From: Octopus bimaculoides
Lineage: Eukaryota
DNA length: 59,111 nucleotides
Assembly (NCBI RefSeq): GCF_001194135.2
Contig: NC_068998.1
Coordinates: forward strand, 5,037,676-5,096,786
Direction of reading: 5' to 3'
The notes beneath the pieces are model-generated. The model made no database searches. It saw only the letters and a list, made by a program, of their open reading frames with translations, and was not told the DNA's origin. A program made the translations under genes and the position numbers. Shown here one piece after another: positions 1-14,043 of the stretch; positions within the stretch are counted from its first letter, which is position 1, and each line of letters opens with the position of its first letter.

Positions 1-56
<56 letters not shown>
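1..56. repeat. (AC)n microsatellite
   Basis: Perfect AC dinucleotide run at the window start. Confidence 0.98.
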
Positions 57-60
<4 letters not shown>

Positions 61-430
61 ATCTACAAACACAAAGACATAGGCCTCTACATAGTAGAGT
101 GGGAAAATGTAAGGACGTGTGATGGAAGTGATAGTTGATGCCATTCTCTTTAACGACCTTACGCCCGCGGCTACAGACTTCATAATTAACGAGACACGTG
201 TAAAATGAACGGATGATGTGCACACATGCGCAGATATTCACACGCTTCTAGATGACTTTATCGGCGGCAATCGCTAAATCGTCTCTTCACCGCCCGCTTT
301 TATACGTACACATATTATATGCATGCAGAGACACACATATACACATATGCACACATACACACATACACATACACACATATAGTGCACGTGCATTCGCTTG
401 CATATATGTGTCTGTATACAAATATAGTTT

Positions 431-448
431 TAGATAGATAGAAAGAAG

Positions 449-494
<46 letters not shown>

Positions 495-533
495 CGGATA
501 GATAGATAGNNNNNNNNNNTAGATAGATAGACG

Positions 534-579
<46 letters not shown>

Positions 580-581
580 CG

Positions 582-631
<50 letters not shown>

Positions 632-652
632 CAGACGGGCAGATAGATAGAT
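431..652. repeat. (GATA)n/(GACA)n tetranucleotide microsatellite with a small gap
   Basis: Direct reading; source of the LSIY-repeat ORFs. Confidence 0.95.
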
Positions 653-1214
653 ATGAACATACATAGATACATACATATATATAAGCATACATAGTTATGA
701 ATATATATACATAAATGCTTAGTAATAAATGATGTATAATATACATATATATATATTATATANNNNNNNNNNTATATATATGTACATATATATATAGTGT
801 GTTTGTGTATGTGTGTGTGCGTGCGCACGTGTATGTGTATAAGTATATATAACGTGTGCATGGATCCATGTGAGTCTGGAAATAGGTGAACACATTGGAG
901 GCCGAGGCAGAGAGGTACCAAGATGAATACTCAGAGAGAGGGACACAGATATAGTGAAAGAGATAGAAGGAGAGGGAGGAGAGGGCGCAAGTGTGTTGAT
1001 GCATTTCAACAAAATGAAACGTGGTGGATGTATAACTTATCACATTGTTTTGCCGTGTATGAATGGTATTTCGTACTAATCATCAGCTCTAATATTGTAG
1101 TCATTTTCGAGGTTAGGTGCGTGAGCAGGTGCTTTGTCCAAGACGAGAAGGGCTTGCAGGGGTAGGTTATTTTCCAGGAGATATTTCTTAACGTCAGAAC
1201 CAAAGACCAAATTC

Positions 1215-1481
1215 ACGTAGTTCTCGGGGAGATTCAGCGTGACACAGAGTGTGATAAGGCTGGCCCCTTTGAATTACAGGCACAACAGAAACAGAAAGAA
1301 AGACTGAGAGAAAATTGTGGTGAAAGAGTACAGCAGGGTTTGCCACCATCCCCTGCCGGAGCCTCGTGGAGCTTTAGGTGTTTTCGCTCAATAAACACTC
1401 ACAACGCTCCGTCTGTGAATCGAAACCACGATCCTCAGACCGCGAGTCCGCTGCCCAATCCACTGGGCCATTGCACCTCCA
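1215..1481 (-). mobile_element. tRNA-derived SINE, family C, head intact and 3' part truncated
   Basis: Minus strand begins GGAGGTGCAATGGCCCAGTGGATTGGGCAGCGGACTCGCGG...GGTTTCGATTCACAGA (A and B boxes). The body is shared with 57632-57792. Confidence 0.85.
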
Positions 1482-3292
1482 TGCTGCCTTATCTATGTAT
1501 ATATTGTCAAGATAAAACTTTTCATAGATTTCTTCCTTATTTTACAATCTATATTCTGTGCACTTTTTAAATATTTGTTTCAAACCTGAGTTTATCTACC
1601 TTAATAAACGTGTGTGTGTATGTGTATGTGTATGTGTGCGTGCGTGCGAGTGTGTGTGTGCGTGAAGGCGTGTGCGTTTATGTTTGTTTATTCATACAAG
1701 CCACAAAACCGGATTTGTGTTTTTTAACATTGAAATCCAGAATTTTGAAGAAAATTTTTGAATTGTGTCCGATGTATTACACCGTGAACCTCGGAGTACG
1801 TAAAGGCGAAACTCTCAGGAATATTTACTCTTCTTGTTAGTGAAAGCTCTGCCTTATTTATTGAGTACTTTTTCCTTGTTTATAGACGCTCACTCTCTCA
1901 CATGTATGCACACATACACACACATACACATACACATATGTCTATATTAGCACACAGACACATATACTTACACTCACATACATACACATACATAAATGGA
2001 TACATGCATACATACAATCACACGAATTCTGGCACACACACACACACACACACACATACATATATATATTGGTCGGTGGGTTGTGTGTATGTAGGTGTGC
2101 GTGTTTTAGTATGCATCAATGTGTATGTGTGTGTGTGAATGTGTGTGTGTGTGTGTGTGTGCGTGTGTCAATGTATTAAGTGACAGAAATGAAAACGTTA
2201 CAATGCAACACAAACCAAAACAAAGGACAATTAAACAGAATGACGTCGCTCCACCCATGCCGCTCACCCACCCCCTTGCCTCCACGTACCCCCTCCTTCC
2301 CTCCCGCCTTGCCTCTCTCTCTCTCTCTTTCTCTCTCCTCACCCTCTTCCTCACCCTCTCATCCTCACACCTCTCTCACTTTATCCCCAACCTCAAGCCC
2401 ACACCAAACCAAACACCACCCNNNNNNNNNNNNNNNNNNNNNNNNNNNNNNNNNNNNNNNNNNNNNNNNNNNNNNNNNNNNNNNNNNNNNNNNNNNNNNN
2501 NNNNNNNNNNNNNNNNNNNNNNNNNNNNNNNNNNNNNNNNNNNNNNNNNNNNNNNNNNNNNNNNNNNNNNNNNNNNNNNNNNNNNNNNNNNNNNNNNNNN
2601 NNNNNNNNNNNNNNNNNNNNNNNNNNNNNNNNNNNNNNNNNNNNNNNNNNNNNNNNNNNNNNNNNNNNNNNNNNNNNNNNNNNNNNNNNNNNNNNNNNNN
2701 NNNNNNNNNNNNNNNNNNNNNNNNNNNNNNNNNNNNNNNNNNNNNNNNNNNNNNNNNNNNNNNNNNNNNNNNNNNNNNNNNNNNNNNNNNNNNNNNNNNN
2801 NNNNNNNNNNNNNNNNNNNNNNNNNNNNNNNNNNNNNNNNNNNNNNNNNNNNNNNNNNNNNNNNNNNNNNNNNNNNNNNNNNNNNNNNNNNNNNNNNNAC
2901 CACCACCACCACCACCACCTTTTTTTTGGCTAATAATATTGATGCCACCAAATACCAATCTATGATTGTTCTCACTCTGAAAGAATTAAAAGATTTTTCT
3001 CAATATCGCAAAACGGATCCCTTCATTTTTGTTAAACCCCTACAAGCAATCTCACATTGATTTCTACGTCGCAGAACGTCATCCCCTACGCCCCTACATT
3101 AACCCCCTCCCGCTCCCTGCCTTTCTTCCTCCATGTTTTCTCTTCCTATTGTTGTTGTTGATGTTATGGTTGTTATTATTAATTTCATAGGTTCTCTCTT
3201 CCACAATTTATATGTATCTTTTATTTTCTGCATTTCTTCATGGCTTTCCTTTTCTGTTAGGTTTTTATTAACGATGTTGTTGTTGCTGTTGC

Positions 3293-3348
<56 letters not shown>

Positions 3349-3404
3349 CTTTGTCTTGCTTTGCTGTTCCTATTTACTTTTGGTTACAAATTTTTGATCG
3401 TTTA

Positions 3405-3890
3405 CGATACACACACACACACTCACACACATACCATCTCTTACTCTTACACACACACATGCACACACATACACGCATTCACGCACACAACTTCACACAC
3501 ATGCACACACACACTCACACTCACACACACACGCACACACACCACCTCTTACTCTTACACACTCACACACACTCACACACATGCACACACACACCATGTA
3601 TTACTCTTAAACTCACATACACTCATACATGTATACACATTCTATCTCATACACACACACACATGCACGCACTAAAACACTCCAACACACACACACGCTC
3701 ACACGCACACACACACACTTTCACACGCACACGTATGCACACATACATATACACACACACACACACACACTGTCTCCCTCACTCACATTCTCTCTCTACT
3801 TCTCTCTCACACAAACATACACACACTCGCATGCACACACATATACATACATAAATACATACACACGTACACACAGACACACACACACTT
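3405..3890. repeat. degenerate CA-rich simple repeat
   Basis: Imperfect (CA)n with an internal duplicated unit ACCA..TCTCTTACTCTTACACAC. Confidence 0.85.
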
Positions 3891-4318
3891 GTATTTGTTT
3901 TACTTTTCCTATTATTGTGTTTTTTCTGTTTTTTGTCGTTTTTATAATTAGATTTTTTGTTTGTTTGTTTTTTTTGTCATGCATTTTTCGGCAAATACAC
4001 ACACACTCTTACAAATACACACACACACACACACACTCCCCCTATTTGTTCCTTGTCATTTTTCTTGCTTCTTTAACTCTTACTTTCTTCAGATCAACGT
4101 TAATTAAATCTAATTGAAAACAGAACAAAAGAAATTACAAGCTAAACTGTTTGCCTCAGGCTAGGATTGAACACGCAACGTAGCTTTTACTGATTTGTCG
4201 TGCAATTTTTATCTCTTTCTCTCTTCACTTCAATACCAAAAATCTTTGTGACTTTTTTTGTTTAGCGTATGTACATATATATGTGTCTGTCTGTCTTTCT
4301 TTATTTGTCTGTTCCTCA

Positions 4319-4358
<40 letters not shown>

Positions 4359-4683
4359 GTGAGTGTGTGTTAGAAAAATGTATATATATGCTTGAACGAA
4401 TGTGCGTGCGTGTGTGTGTGTGTGTGTGTGTGTGTATGCATATGCGTATATATGTGTTTGTGTGTGTCTATGCTTCTTTCTCTCTCTGGATGTAAGTGTG
4501 TGTGTACCTGGGACAACATGTATGTGTGCGCGCGGCGTGTGCGTGCGCGTGCCTGTGTGTGTATGTGTGTGTGTCCATGCATGTATAAGGCCAGATGTGT
4601 AACGTGTGTATAATTTTGCATATGGTTATATGCATACGCGTGTTCATAGTTGTGAAAAATTCGTACATGCATTTATTTATACA

Positions 4684-4721
<38 letters not shown>

Positions 4722-4747
4722 ATGTATGTATATAAATATATATATAA

Positions 4748-4840
4748 GCGCAGGAGTGGCTGTGTGGTAAGAAGCTTGCTTCTCAACAACATGGTCCCGG
4801 ATTCAGCTTGGCCGCAGTCAAATGACTGAAACAAGTAAAA
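4748..4840 (+). mobile_element. SINE family B, internally deleted copy (head fused to the extreme tail)
   Basis: GCAGGAGTGGCTGTGTGGTAAGAAGCTTGCTTC...GGATTCAG joined directly to CTTGGCCGCAGTCAAATGACTGAAACAAGTAAAA, the tail end seen at 57000-57030. Confidence 0.85.
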
Positions 4841-4925
4841 NNNNNNNNNNNNNNNNNNNNNNNNNNNNNNNNNNNNNNNNNNNNNNNNNNNNNNNNNNNN
4901 NNNNNNNNNNNNNNNNNNNNNNNNN

Positions 4926-4961
<36 letters not shown>

Positions 4962-7414
4962 CCTGTGCCTTTTTGTGTAGTTGTATGTGTAAAAGACTGT
5001 ACGAACGAATGAGCATGCGCGGACATGGATGGACGTATGCAACATGGAGGCTTGCGTATTTCTCCCGTTTGTTCTCTTCCTCTGTTCTTTACCCTATTCA
5101 CCGGAAAAGAATGGAGAACGAAGAAAGGGTAAAGCATCCATGACGTTTTATTGAAGATGTGTATTTAATCTGATTGAAAACAATCGTAAGTCGTCCTTAA
5201 TAACGTCAACGACAACAAGAACAACAACAACAAAAACACAACAACAACATCAACAGTAGCAACGACAACAAGAAAAATAGGGCTACGATGAAATTATGTC
5301 ACGACAGACAAATTAGGCGCATACAGACGTATACATACATACATATATATTATATATATATATATATATATANNNNNNNNNNNNNNNNNNNNNNNNNNNN
5401 NNNNNNNNNNNNNNNNNNNNNNNNNNNNNNNNNNNNNNNNNNNNNNNNNNNNNNNNNNNNNNNNNNNNNNNNNNNNNNNNNNNNNNNNNNNNNNNNNNNN
5501 NNNNNNNNNNNNNNNNNNNNNNNNNNNNNNNNNNNNNNNNNNNNNNNNNNNNNNNNNNNNNNNNNNNNNNNNNNNNNNNNNNNNNNNNNNNNNNNNNNNN
5601 NNNNNNNNNNNNNNNNNNNNNNNNNNNNNNNNNNNNNNNNNNNNNNNNNNNNNNNNNNNNNNNNNNNNNNNNNNNNNNNNNNNNNNNNNNNNNNNNNNNN
5701 NNNNNNNNNNNNNNNNNNNNNNNNNNNNNNNNNNNNNNNNNNNNNNNNNNNNNNNNNNNNNNNNNNNNNNNNNNNNNNNNNNNNNNNNNNNNNNNNNNNN
5801 NNNNNNNNNNNNNNNNNNNNNNNNNNNNNNNNNNNNNNNNNNNNNNNNNNNNNNNNNNNNNNNNNNNNNNNNNNNNNNNNNNNNNNNNNNNNNNNNNNNN
5901 NNNNNNNNNNNNNNNNNNNNNNNNNNNNNNNNNNNNNNNNNNNNNNNNNNNNNNNNNNNNNNNNNNNNNNNNNNNNNNNNNNNNNNNNNNNNNNNNNNNN
6001 NNNNNNNNNNNNNNNNNNNNNNNNNNNNNNNNNNNNNNNNNNNNNNNNNNNNNNNNNNNNNNNNNNNNNNNNNNNNNNNNNNNNNNNNNNNNNNNNNNNN
6101 NNNNNNNNNNNNNNNNNNNNNNNNNNNNNNNNNNNNNNNNNNNNNNNNNNNNNNNNNNNNNNNNNNNNNNNNNNNNNNNNNNNNNNNNNNNNNNNNNNNN
6201 NNNNNNNNNNNNNNNNNNATTTATATCAATTATTATTATGCACGCCGGTAGTTAAATATACACGAACAGAATACAACTGGCTAACATATATACATCCATT
6301 CTTCCTTCCATCGAAGCTTTCTTCCATCCATTCGTGTGTTCCATACACAGACATACTGTCAGACAGATAGACGGACATACTTAGATACATATACATTTAT
6401 ATACATACACTCTTACGTATATATACATATACCCACGCATATATTATACATAGCGTACGTGTGTATGTATGTACTTGTACGTATGTAAGCATATACATAC
6501 GCACAAAATATATGCATACATACTCATATACATTGCCATACAAACATACAGGCATATACAAAGAAATGTACATACAGACACACACACACGTATATTTTCA
6601 TACATATTTACATACATAAACACACATACATACAGGTATAAGCGCATACATACTCACAGACATAGATACTTGCATACATTGAACTATACGCACGTATATA
6701 CATAAATACATAGAAATATAAATACGTAGTACGTACATACATATATACACACATGCATTCATACATATATACATGTATGCATATGTGCCTAGATACACAC
6801 ATGTATACATATGCAGATACATATCATATATGTATGTATATATGTATGTATATACATTCATATATACATATATGCGTACATACAAACGCAGAGTGTCTCC
6901 ATACGCACATACGTGGTACATGCATGCATATCTACAGGATGCTTTCGCTCACGTCTCTTCAGAGAAACCTAGTTAGCCTCACGATGCGGGTCCTGTACGT
7001 TTATCGTTAAATTTAGCAAAAGACAATAAATTTTCAATAAGGAGAACGCATGTGAAAGAGAAAGAAGAAAGTTTAAGTTGAAAGGAATGAGATAACTTTA
7101 AAAGAAATGGCGGAAAACACGTGATGGCACAGCAGACGATAAGTTAGCAATGGAAGATATGAAATGGGAGGGAGAAGAGAAAGAGAGAGAGACGACAGAC
7201 AGAGAAAAGGAGAGAGAGAAATTCAGTGGGTGAGTGAGTGAGTGAGTGGGAGGGTGAAAACGCAAAAAACTACCAGGAGACGATATAAATTCAAAAGTGG
7301 AAGATAGGAAAAACCTGAAAATAAAATGAAGTTCATTTCAATCTGAGTTTAATGACCTCCTTATAAATGCTACCATTGCTACGATTACTAGATTGCAATG
7401 TGTATATAAGAATG

Positions 7415-7483
<69 letters not shown>

Positions 7484-7849
7484 NNNNNNNNNNNNNNNNN
7501 NNNNNNNNNNNNNNNNNNNNNNNNNNNNNNNNNNNNNNNNNNNNNNNNNNNNNNNNNNNNNNNNNNNNNNNNNNNNNNNNNNNNNNNNNNNNNNNNNNNN
7601 NNNNNNNNNNNNNNNNNNNNNNNNNNNNNNNNNNNNNNNNNNNNNNNNNNNNNNNNNNNNNNNNNNNNNNNNNNNNNNNNNNNNNNNNNNNNNNNNNNNN
7701 NNNNNNNNNNNNNNNNNNNNNNNNNNNNNNNNNNNNNNNNNNNNNNNNNNNNNNNNNNNNNNNNNNNNNNNNNNNNNNNNNNNNNNNNNNNNNNNNNNNN
7801 NNNNNNNNNNNNNNNNNNNNNNNNNNNNNNNNNNNNNNNNNNNNNNNNN

Positions 7850-7906
<57 letters not shown>

Positions 7907-8640
7907 CTCTGTGTGTATTCGTCTAAATTACACAAGAATGAAAATAACATTGACATCTCATTTTAATAGATATATCTACCAAAATTCCATAACAATATCT
8001 CGAAATACTAAATGTCCTCGAATTAACACCTAGACACTCTGAAATATTCGTAATTGAGCTTCCGGTGGGAATGCCAAGCAGTACAGCGTGTCATTTCCAA
8101 ATATCTAGCAGAGTGAATTACGTCATCGTGCCCAACAGACAGTGCCCAACCGTTCCTACTGTGCTGTGTAGTCGACAAAATCCTTAAGAAACAATGTATA
8201 TATATGTCTACATATGTGTTTATGTTTATGTTTGTGTGTATGTTTGTGTGCATATATTTATGCACATGTCTATGTGAGCATGACAAAATTTGGACTTAAT
8301 TATATTATACAATGTGTTTTAGCAACGTATCAAGGAAGCCTCATTTTCATTCGAGCGATTCACTTCGTGACTATCCTTCAGCCAACATCTGAAGAGCACG
8401 AAGAAACTGAACGCTAATGCATCCGTCCGTCTTACTCCAAAGTCACAACGCAAATAACACCCGTATGCTTACAGGCAATTAGTGCGCCATGTTTCAATAC
8501 CAACATATTTATGTAATATATATGTATATATATATATATACAACAAAATAAACAATATATATAACAATATATACAACAAATACCTAAGAATTTAAAAGAA
8601 ACGATTATATAAAAGAGTGACATAAATGATTAACTGAAAT

Positions 8641-8703
<63 letters not shown>

Positions 8704-9858
8704 NNNNNNNNNNNNNNNNNNNNNNNNNNNNNNNNNNNNNNNNNNNNNNNNNNNNNNNNNNNNNNNNNNNNNNNNNNNNNNNNNNNNNNNNNNNNNNNNN
8801 NNNNNNNNNNNNNNNNNNNNNNNNNNNNNNNNNNNNNNNNNNNNNNNNNNNNNNNNNNNNNNNNNNNNNNNNNNNNNNNNNNNNNNNNNNNNNNNNNNNN
8901 TATATATATATATCATAGTAAAATACAACAACGAACTTCCGGTAGAGATTTGAAAATTGGATTTATAAATGGATATTTTAAATTTTCCGTTTCTTTTATT
9001 TGCATATTTTACTCTTGTTTTCATTTTCTCTTCGTTTTTTCTTTCTATTGTTATCTCTTTTTTTTTTTTTACTTCTTTCTTTTTTATTCGTTCGGTTACT
9101 TTCAATTTTTCTTTTTTCTCTTCTCTGTCATGAATATCCAGCGAGATGTATTTCTTTGCAATCTATTTCTGAAACCATTAAACAAGCAAGCATGTTAACA
9201 GAAACGGAAGACTAGCTGACTAAATGAACTGTCATATTCAAACCGGAAATCTAATTTGTTCGCATTTAGTTCTCTCCCTTTATGTCTGACTTTCAACATA
9301 TGCTCCCAAGTATGTCTGACTTTCAACATATGTTTCAAAATTATTATAGTCATATAATGATACATTGGCACAAACAGTAGAACGTCGGAGAAAATTACAT
9401 CGTTACATTCAGTCATACAAATCGACCCACAGCAGCACTTGTGTCTTGCTTTTCTTTTTCCAGTGTAGTACCTCCTCTGCCGTTCTCATTTGTCGAACGT
9501 ACTCTGTTATCCGGATGTAACAAATCAAAACCTACTATCAATCGGAGTCTGAGTGTGTGATAGACAAACAAACACACACACACATAATTAAATAAAATTG
9601 GAGTAAAAAACCTTGTAGAATGCTGCGCAAAGCTCGTTCGCAGCAATTGGCTATCTTATGTCATCATACAGTTGAAATGCTTCCGCTACTGGATATACAT
9701 AAGGAATTGCATAGTATCCGTTGAATTTATATAGATAGATAAATGAATAAACGATGTTCATAATCTTTAGAAAATTTACGTCATTAATTAATACCACTTG
9801 CTCTCATTTATTTATCGCAAACACGTACACACACACACATGCACACACACATACGTAT

Positions 9859-9889
<31 letters not shown>

Positions 9890-9890
<1 letters not shown>

Positions 9891-9975
9891 GACAGGCTTC
9901 AGTGTAGTTTCCGCCTACCAAATTCCCTCGCAGGGCATAAGTTGGCCCTGGGCTATAATCGGACACACTTACTCG
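9890..9975 (-). mobile_element. SINE family B head/CORE fragment, decayed
   Basis: TTTCCGCCTACCAAATTCCCTCGCAGGGC...GGGCTATAAT resembles 19245-19320. Confidence 0.6.
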
Positions 9976-10933
9976 AGATGCATAAAGGATAAAGAACGGA
10001 AGACTAATGCATCTTGTTCATGGTTTCATTTTCCCCCCTACTGGAATCCCCACATCATTCAACCCATTACCCGCCACCCACCTCTATATCAATTGCTGGG
10101 AAATGCATGTTTGCCTCTACTTCAAAATATAATTTTCGCTTCTAATATCCCGAATTTCAACATATGTATAACAAGCAATTAATATATCCGTCATACATCA
10201 AACAACGACAACAGCTAATGCAAGAAAACAGCAAATTTAATTTTAAAATTACCCTATCATCATACAGGACTCCCCGTATTGCTAACAGTAAGCAAATAAA
10301 AGTAAATTTGAAAAAAGTGTTCCTTGAGGGTGGATAGATCAAACTCTTTGTTTTTGCTGTCTTTATTATTATTTATTATTATTATTATTGCTTTATATTT
10401 TTTTTTGTGTGTGTGGGTAGATTTCTTGTGTAAATTTTATTTCTGTGTTTCCTTGTTGTCTTTCTTTTCAACATCTAACGACTGAAATTTAGATGTCAAA
10501 GCAAATTAACTCGTGTAAAAATGTTATTTGAAGAATGTCGACTGTGTAAATTTTTGATTTTTAATACGCGTATGATGAAGAATTTGGAGTAAAGCGTAAA
10601 TTACGAGTAAATTATGAATATATATCATTAAAATAAGATAACAATTTTGACGATATAAACACCCATATGATACGTATGTACACACCCTTACATGCATACA
10701 CACACACATTCACACACACACACACACACACATACACAGACACACACACACAGAAATACACTGGCTTATGTGTTTGAAAATCAAGAGCATAGGTGTATAC
10801 ACACAAACGCAAAAAACATATAAATATGAAGATATATATAAATACACACACTCACACACACACACGCGCATATATATATATATATATATATCGTGCAGTT
10901 ACTGTTAATACTTCATTTAGAGAATTAACATTG

Positions 10934-10983
<50 letters not shown>

Positions 10984-11454
10984 CACACATACTCACGACC
11001 ACACGTATATAGACGGACGAATACGAACACACGCACTCACACGCACTCACATCATACCCGATCTCTTTCTCCCTTTCCTCCGCCATAATTGCTATCAATT
11101 TATCAAAATAACTCATATTTTAATTGTGTCTTACGTACTCATTTTTCGTTGATTATAAATTTTGGGGGAAAAATTTCACTAAGCGAATGCTTATCGTATT
11201 TGAAAGCCGTCTCCGACATCGCCACTGACACCACCACCACCACCACTATCACCGACCCAACTACAGCACCAATGCCTCCCTCGTATTCCCACTTACTCCC
11301 ACTACTCCTCTTCATTTACTTTGCTAAGATTTTAAGATCGTTGTTCCTTAATTGTAACAAGGCTCATTAGTTAAGTTGACATATAATTTGTTCTGTTCTC
11401 TCGTGTCCTGTTATGTTACATCGTGTTGTTGTTCTTAGTATTATTCAAGAAACC

Positions 11455-11464
11455 TTTATTATTA

Positions 11465-11555
<91 letters not shown>

Positions 11556-11661
11556 CGTTGTTCTTGCTGTTTTCATTGTTGATGCTTTTGATTTTAATGT
11601 GCATTTCGTTGTAGTTGCAGATTTGCAAGTTTTGTTTCTTTAGAGATTTTCTGTGTTGTAC

Positions 11662-11748
<87 letters not shown>

Positions 11749-11829
11749 AAGCAGCAGCAGTAGTAGAAGTAGTAGTAGCAGTAGTAGTAGCAGTAGTAGT
11801 AGCAGAAGAAGAAGAAGGAGCAGGAGAAG

Positions 11830-11861
<32 letters not shown>

Positions 11862-11867
11862 GTAGTT

Positions 11868-11939
<72 letters not shown>

Positions 11940-11960
11940 TCATCATTACTATTATTTTTT
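11455..11960. repeat. compound trinucleotide microsatellite (ATT)n/(AGT)n/(AGC)/(AGA)n
   Basis: Direct reading; yields the poly-I/L/S/R ORFs. Confidence 0.95.
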
Positions 11961-12077
11961 TGTTTCGTAAATGTTGCTTATTTAATAATTTTGTTTTCCT
12001 TTATTTTCTGTTACGATTCCTTATATTTATGCACTATATTTATTTTTAGACTGCTGCTGCTGCTGCTGCTGCTGTTT

Positions 12078-12165
12078 GCGGATTTTGAACTCAGAACGTA
12101 AAGACAGACGAAATACCGCTAAACGTTTCGCCCGGTGTGCTACCGTTTCTGCCAGCTCGCCGCCT
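12078..12165 (-). mobile_element. SINE family A, head-only fragment
   Basis: Reverse complement starts AGGCGGCGAGCTGGCAGAAACGG...GTTCTGAGTTCAAAATCCGC (tRNA-like A and B boxes). Confidence 0.85.
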
Positions 12166-12180
12166 TCAAGCTCTACAAAT

Positions 12181-12394
12181 ATTCTTTTCTACTCTGGGCA
12201 CAAGGCCCGAAATTTTAGGGGAGTGGGGCAGTCAATTCGATCGACCCCAGCACGCAACTGTTACTTTATTTATCGATTACGTAAGGATGAAAGGCAAAGT
12301 CGACCTCGGCGGAATTTGAACTCAGAACGTAAAGACGGACGAAATGTCGCTAAGCATTTCGCCCGGCGTCCTAACACTTCTTCCAGCTCGCCGC
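12181..12394 (-). mobile_element. SINE family A, full-length copy (about 215 bp)
   Basis: Head as above, central GGTCGACTTTGCCTTTCATCC..., tail GGGCCTTGTGCCCAGAGTAGAAAAGAAT. Homologous to 12533-12751 and 47545-47762. Confidence 0.9.
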
Positions 12395-12532
12395 ATCATT
12401 ATCATCATCGTCATCATCGTCATCGCCGTCATCATCGTCATCGCCGTCATCATTATTACGCTCTTTGTCGCATTTTATGCTTATTCTTCTTGTTGTTGAT
12501 GTTGTTATTGTTATTGTTGTAATTATTAATAT

Positions 12533-12751
12533 AATCGTTTCTACCGGAGGCACAAGGCTTCAGATTTGCGGTTAGGGGACTAGTCTATTACATCGAACCT
12601 TGTGTTTCACTGGTACTTAATTTATCGACCCCGAAATGATGAAAGGCAAAATCGACGTCGGCGGCGGAATCTAAACTCAGAACGTAGCGATGGGCGAAAT
12701 ACCGCTAAGCATTTCGTCCTGAGTGCTAACGATTCTGCCCGCTCACCGCCT
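12533..12751 (-). mobile_element. SINE family A, full-length copy
   Basis: Same head, centre and tail, flanked by ATT/TTG-rich simple sequence. Confidence 0.9.
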
Positions 12752-12789
12752 TATTTTTTATTATTAATATTATCACCAACATTATTAGT

Positions 12790-13045
12790 GCGTTAGCTCA
12801 TGTTAATTTAGTTAGCAGATATTGTACCTTGAGGCTGTTTGACAAGTCTTCTCATCTCTCAAGAAACTTAGGCTTCATGTAGAGTACAAGATGGTCCTTT
12901 TCTGCAGGTTGACAATGCGAGTATCAATTGCAATCTCTATCAATCTTTTAGGCAACATTTTGGATGCTGTGCCAACTGCACCAATCACTACAGGAATAAT
13001 TGTTATCTTCGTCTTCCGAAGTCTCCTCAGTTCTCTGGCTATATT
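12790..13045 (-). mobile_element. 3' fragment of an RLE-class non-LTR retrotransposon (R4/Dong/Rex6-like), pseudogenised
   Basis: Minus frame 13042-12878 reads IARELRRLRKTKITIIPVVIGAVGTASKMLPKRLIEIAIDTRIVNLQKRTILYST*SL. This matches the R4-clade endonuclease C-terminal pattern ELxRLW...IIPVVIGALG...LQKxxLLxSxxIL. A TAA-rich tail follows. Confidence 0.8.
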
Positions 13046-13242
13046 AAAAATTATGAAAGCTATATGTTGTTATATGTATGTATTTATATATATATAAAAC
13101 AATGATATCAAAACACACATAATTACAAACACATACACGCGTCCATTACATAATACATACACAGACACATAGATAGATAGATATTTCACAAAAATGTATG
13201 CAGAGAATGAATGATCATATTATCCACTGCGGCTGATGTTGC

Positions 13243-13286
<44 letters not shown>

Positions 13287-13423
13287 TTGATGATGATGAT
13301 GATGATGAGGCTGATGGCGATGATGCTGGTGTTGATGGTGAGGATCACGATGATAACTATAAGGGCGATGAAGACGATGTGGGCTATGCTTCTGATGGTG
13401 GTATACTCGATGATGATGACGAC

Positions 13424-13459
<36 letters not shown>

Positions 13460-13460
13460 G
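13243..13460. repeat. (GAT)n microsatellite, degenerate centre
   Basis: Direct reading; source of the poly-D/poly-M ORFs. Confidence 0.95.
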
Positions 13461-13838
13461 CTATGATTGCAATAACATCAATAATAATGATGTGTATTAT
13501 TACCTTGACAAATATCGTTGCTAATAATTATAACATTTATGATTAATTTTTATTTCAGCCATTACAGTCTCTGATAATAATATTAATAATAATAATGATA
13601 ATAATAATAATAAAAATAATAATGATAATAATAATAATAATAATAACGAAAACAAAAACAACAAGAACAATAATAATAACAACAATAACATTAATAATAC
13701 CAACGAAAAATAGATGTGTACATGTATTTATACGTTTGTGTGTACATATATATACATGTATATATATGTATATATTTATATAAATATGTATATGCATATG
13801 TGTATGTATGTGTGCATATGTATGTGTATATCTGGGTG

Positions 13839-13895
<57 letters not shown>

Positions 13896-14043
13896 TAATG
13901 ATTTCATATGAATAAAATAACGAAACAAACGAAATAAATAAAAGAACAGTATAAAATACACATGAACAAAATATGTTTTGATGTTTAATGAATATTATCA
14001 CATATACACGCTGAACAACAATTATAATACACGTAACCATACT

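Noticed and set aside
1400-1481. tRNA genes at SINE heads
   Set aside because: They have A and B boxes but no complete cloverleaf, and they continue into SINE bodies.
9282-9333. 22-bp direct repeat TATGTCTGACTTTCAACATATG with a short spacer
   Set aside because: Only two units, so a local tandem duplication and not a CRISPR-like array.
9463-9551. Plus-strand exon candidate VVPPLPFSFVERTLLSGCNKSKPTINRSL
   Set aside because: Strong acceptor, but the donor is only the start of a (GT)n repeat.
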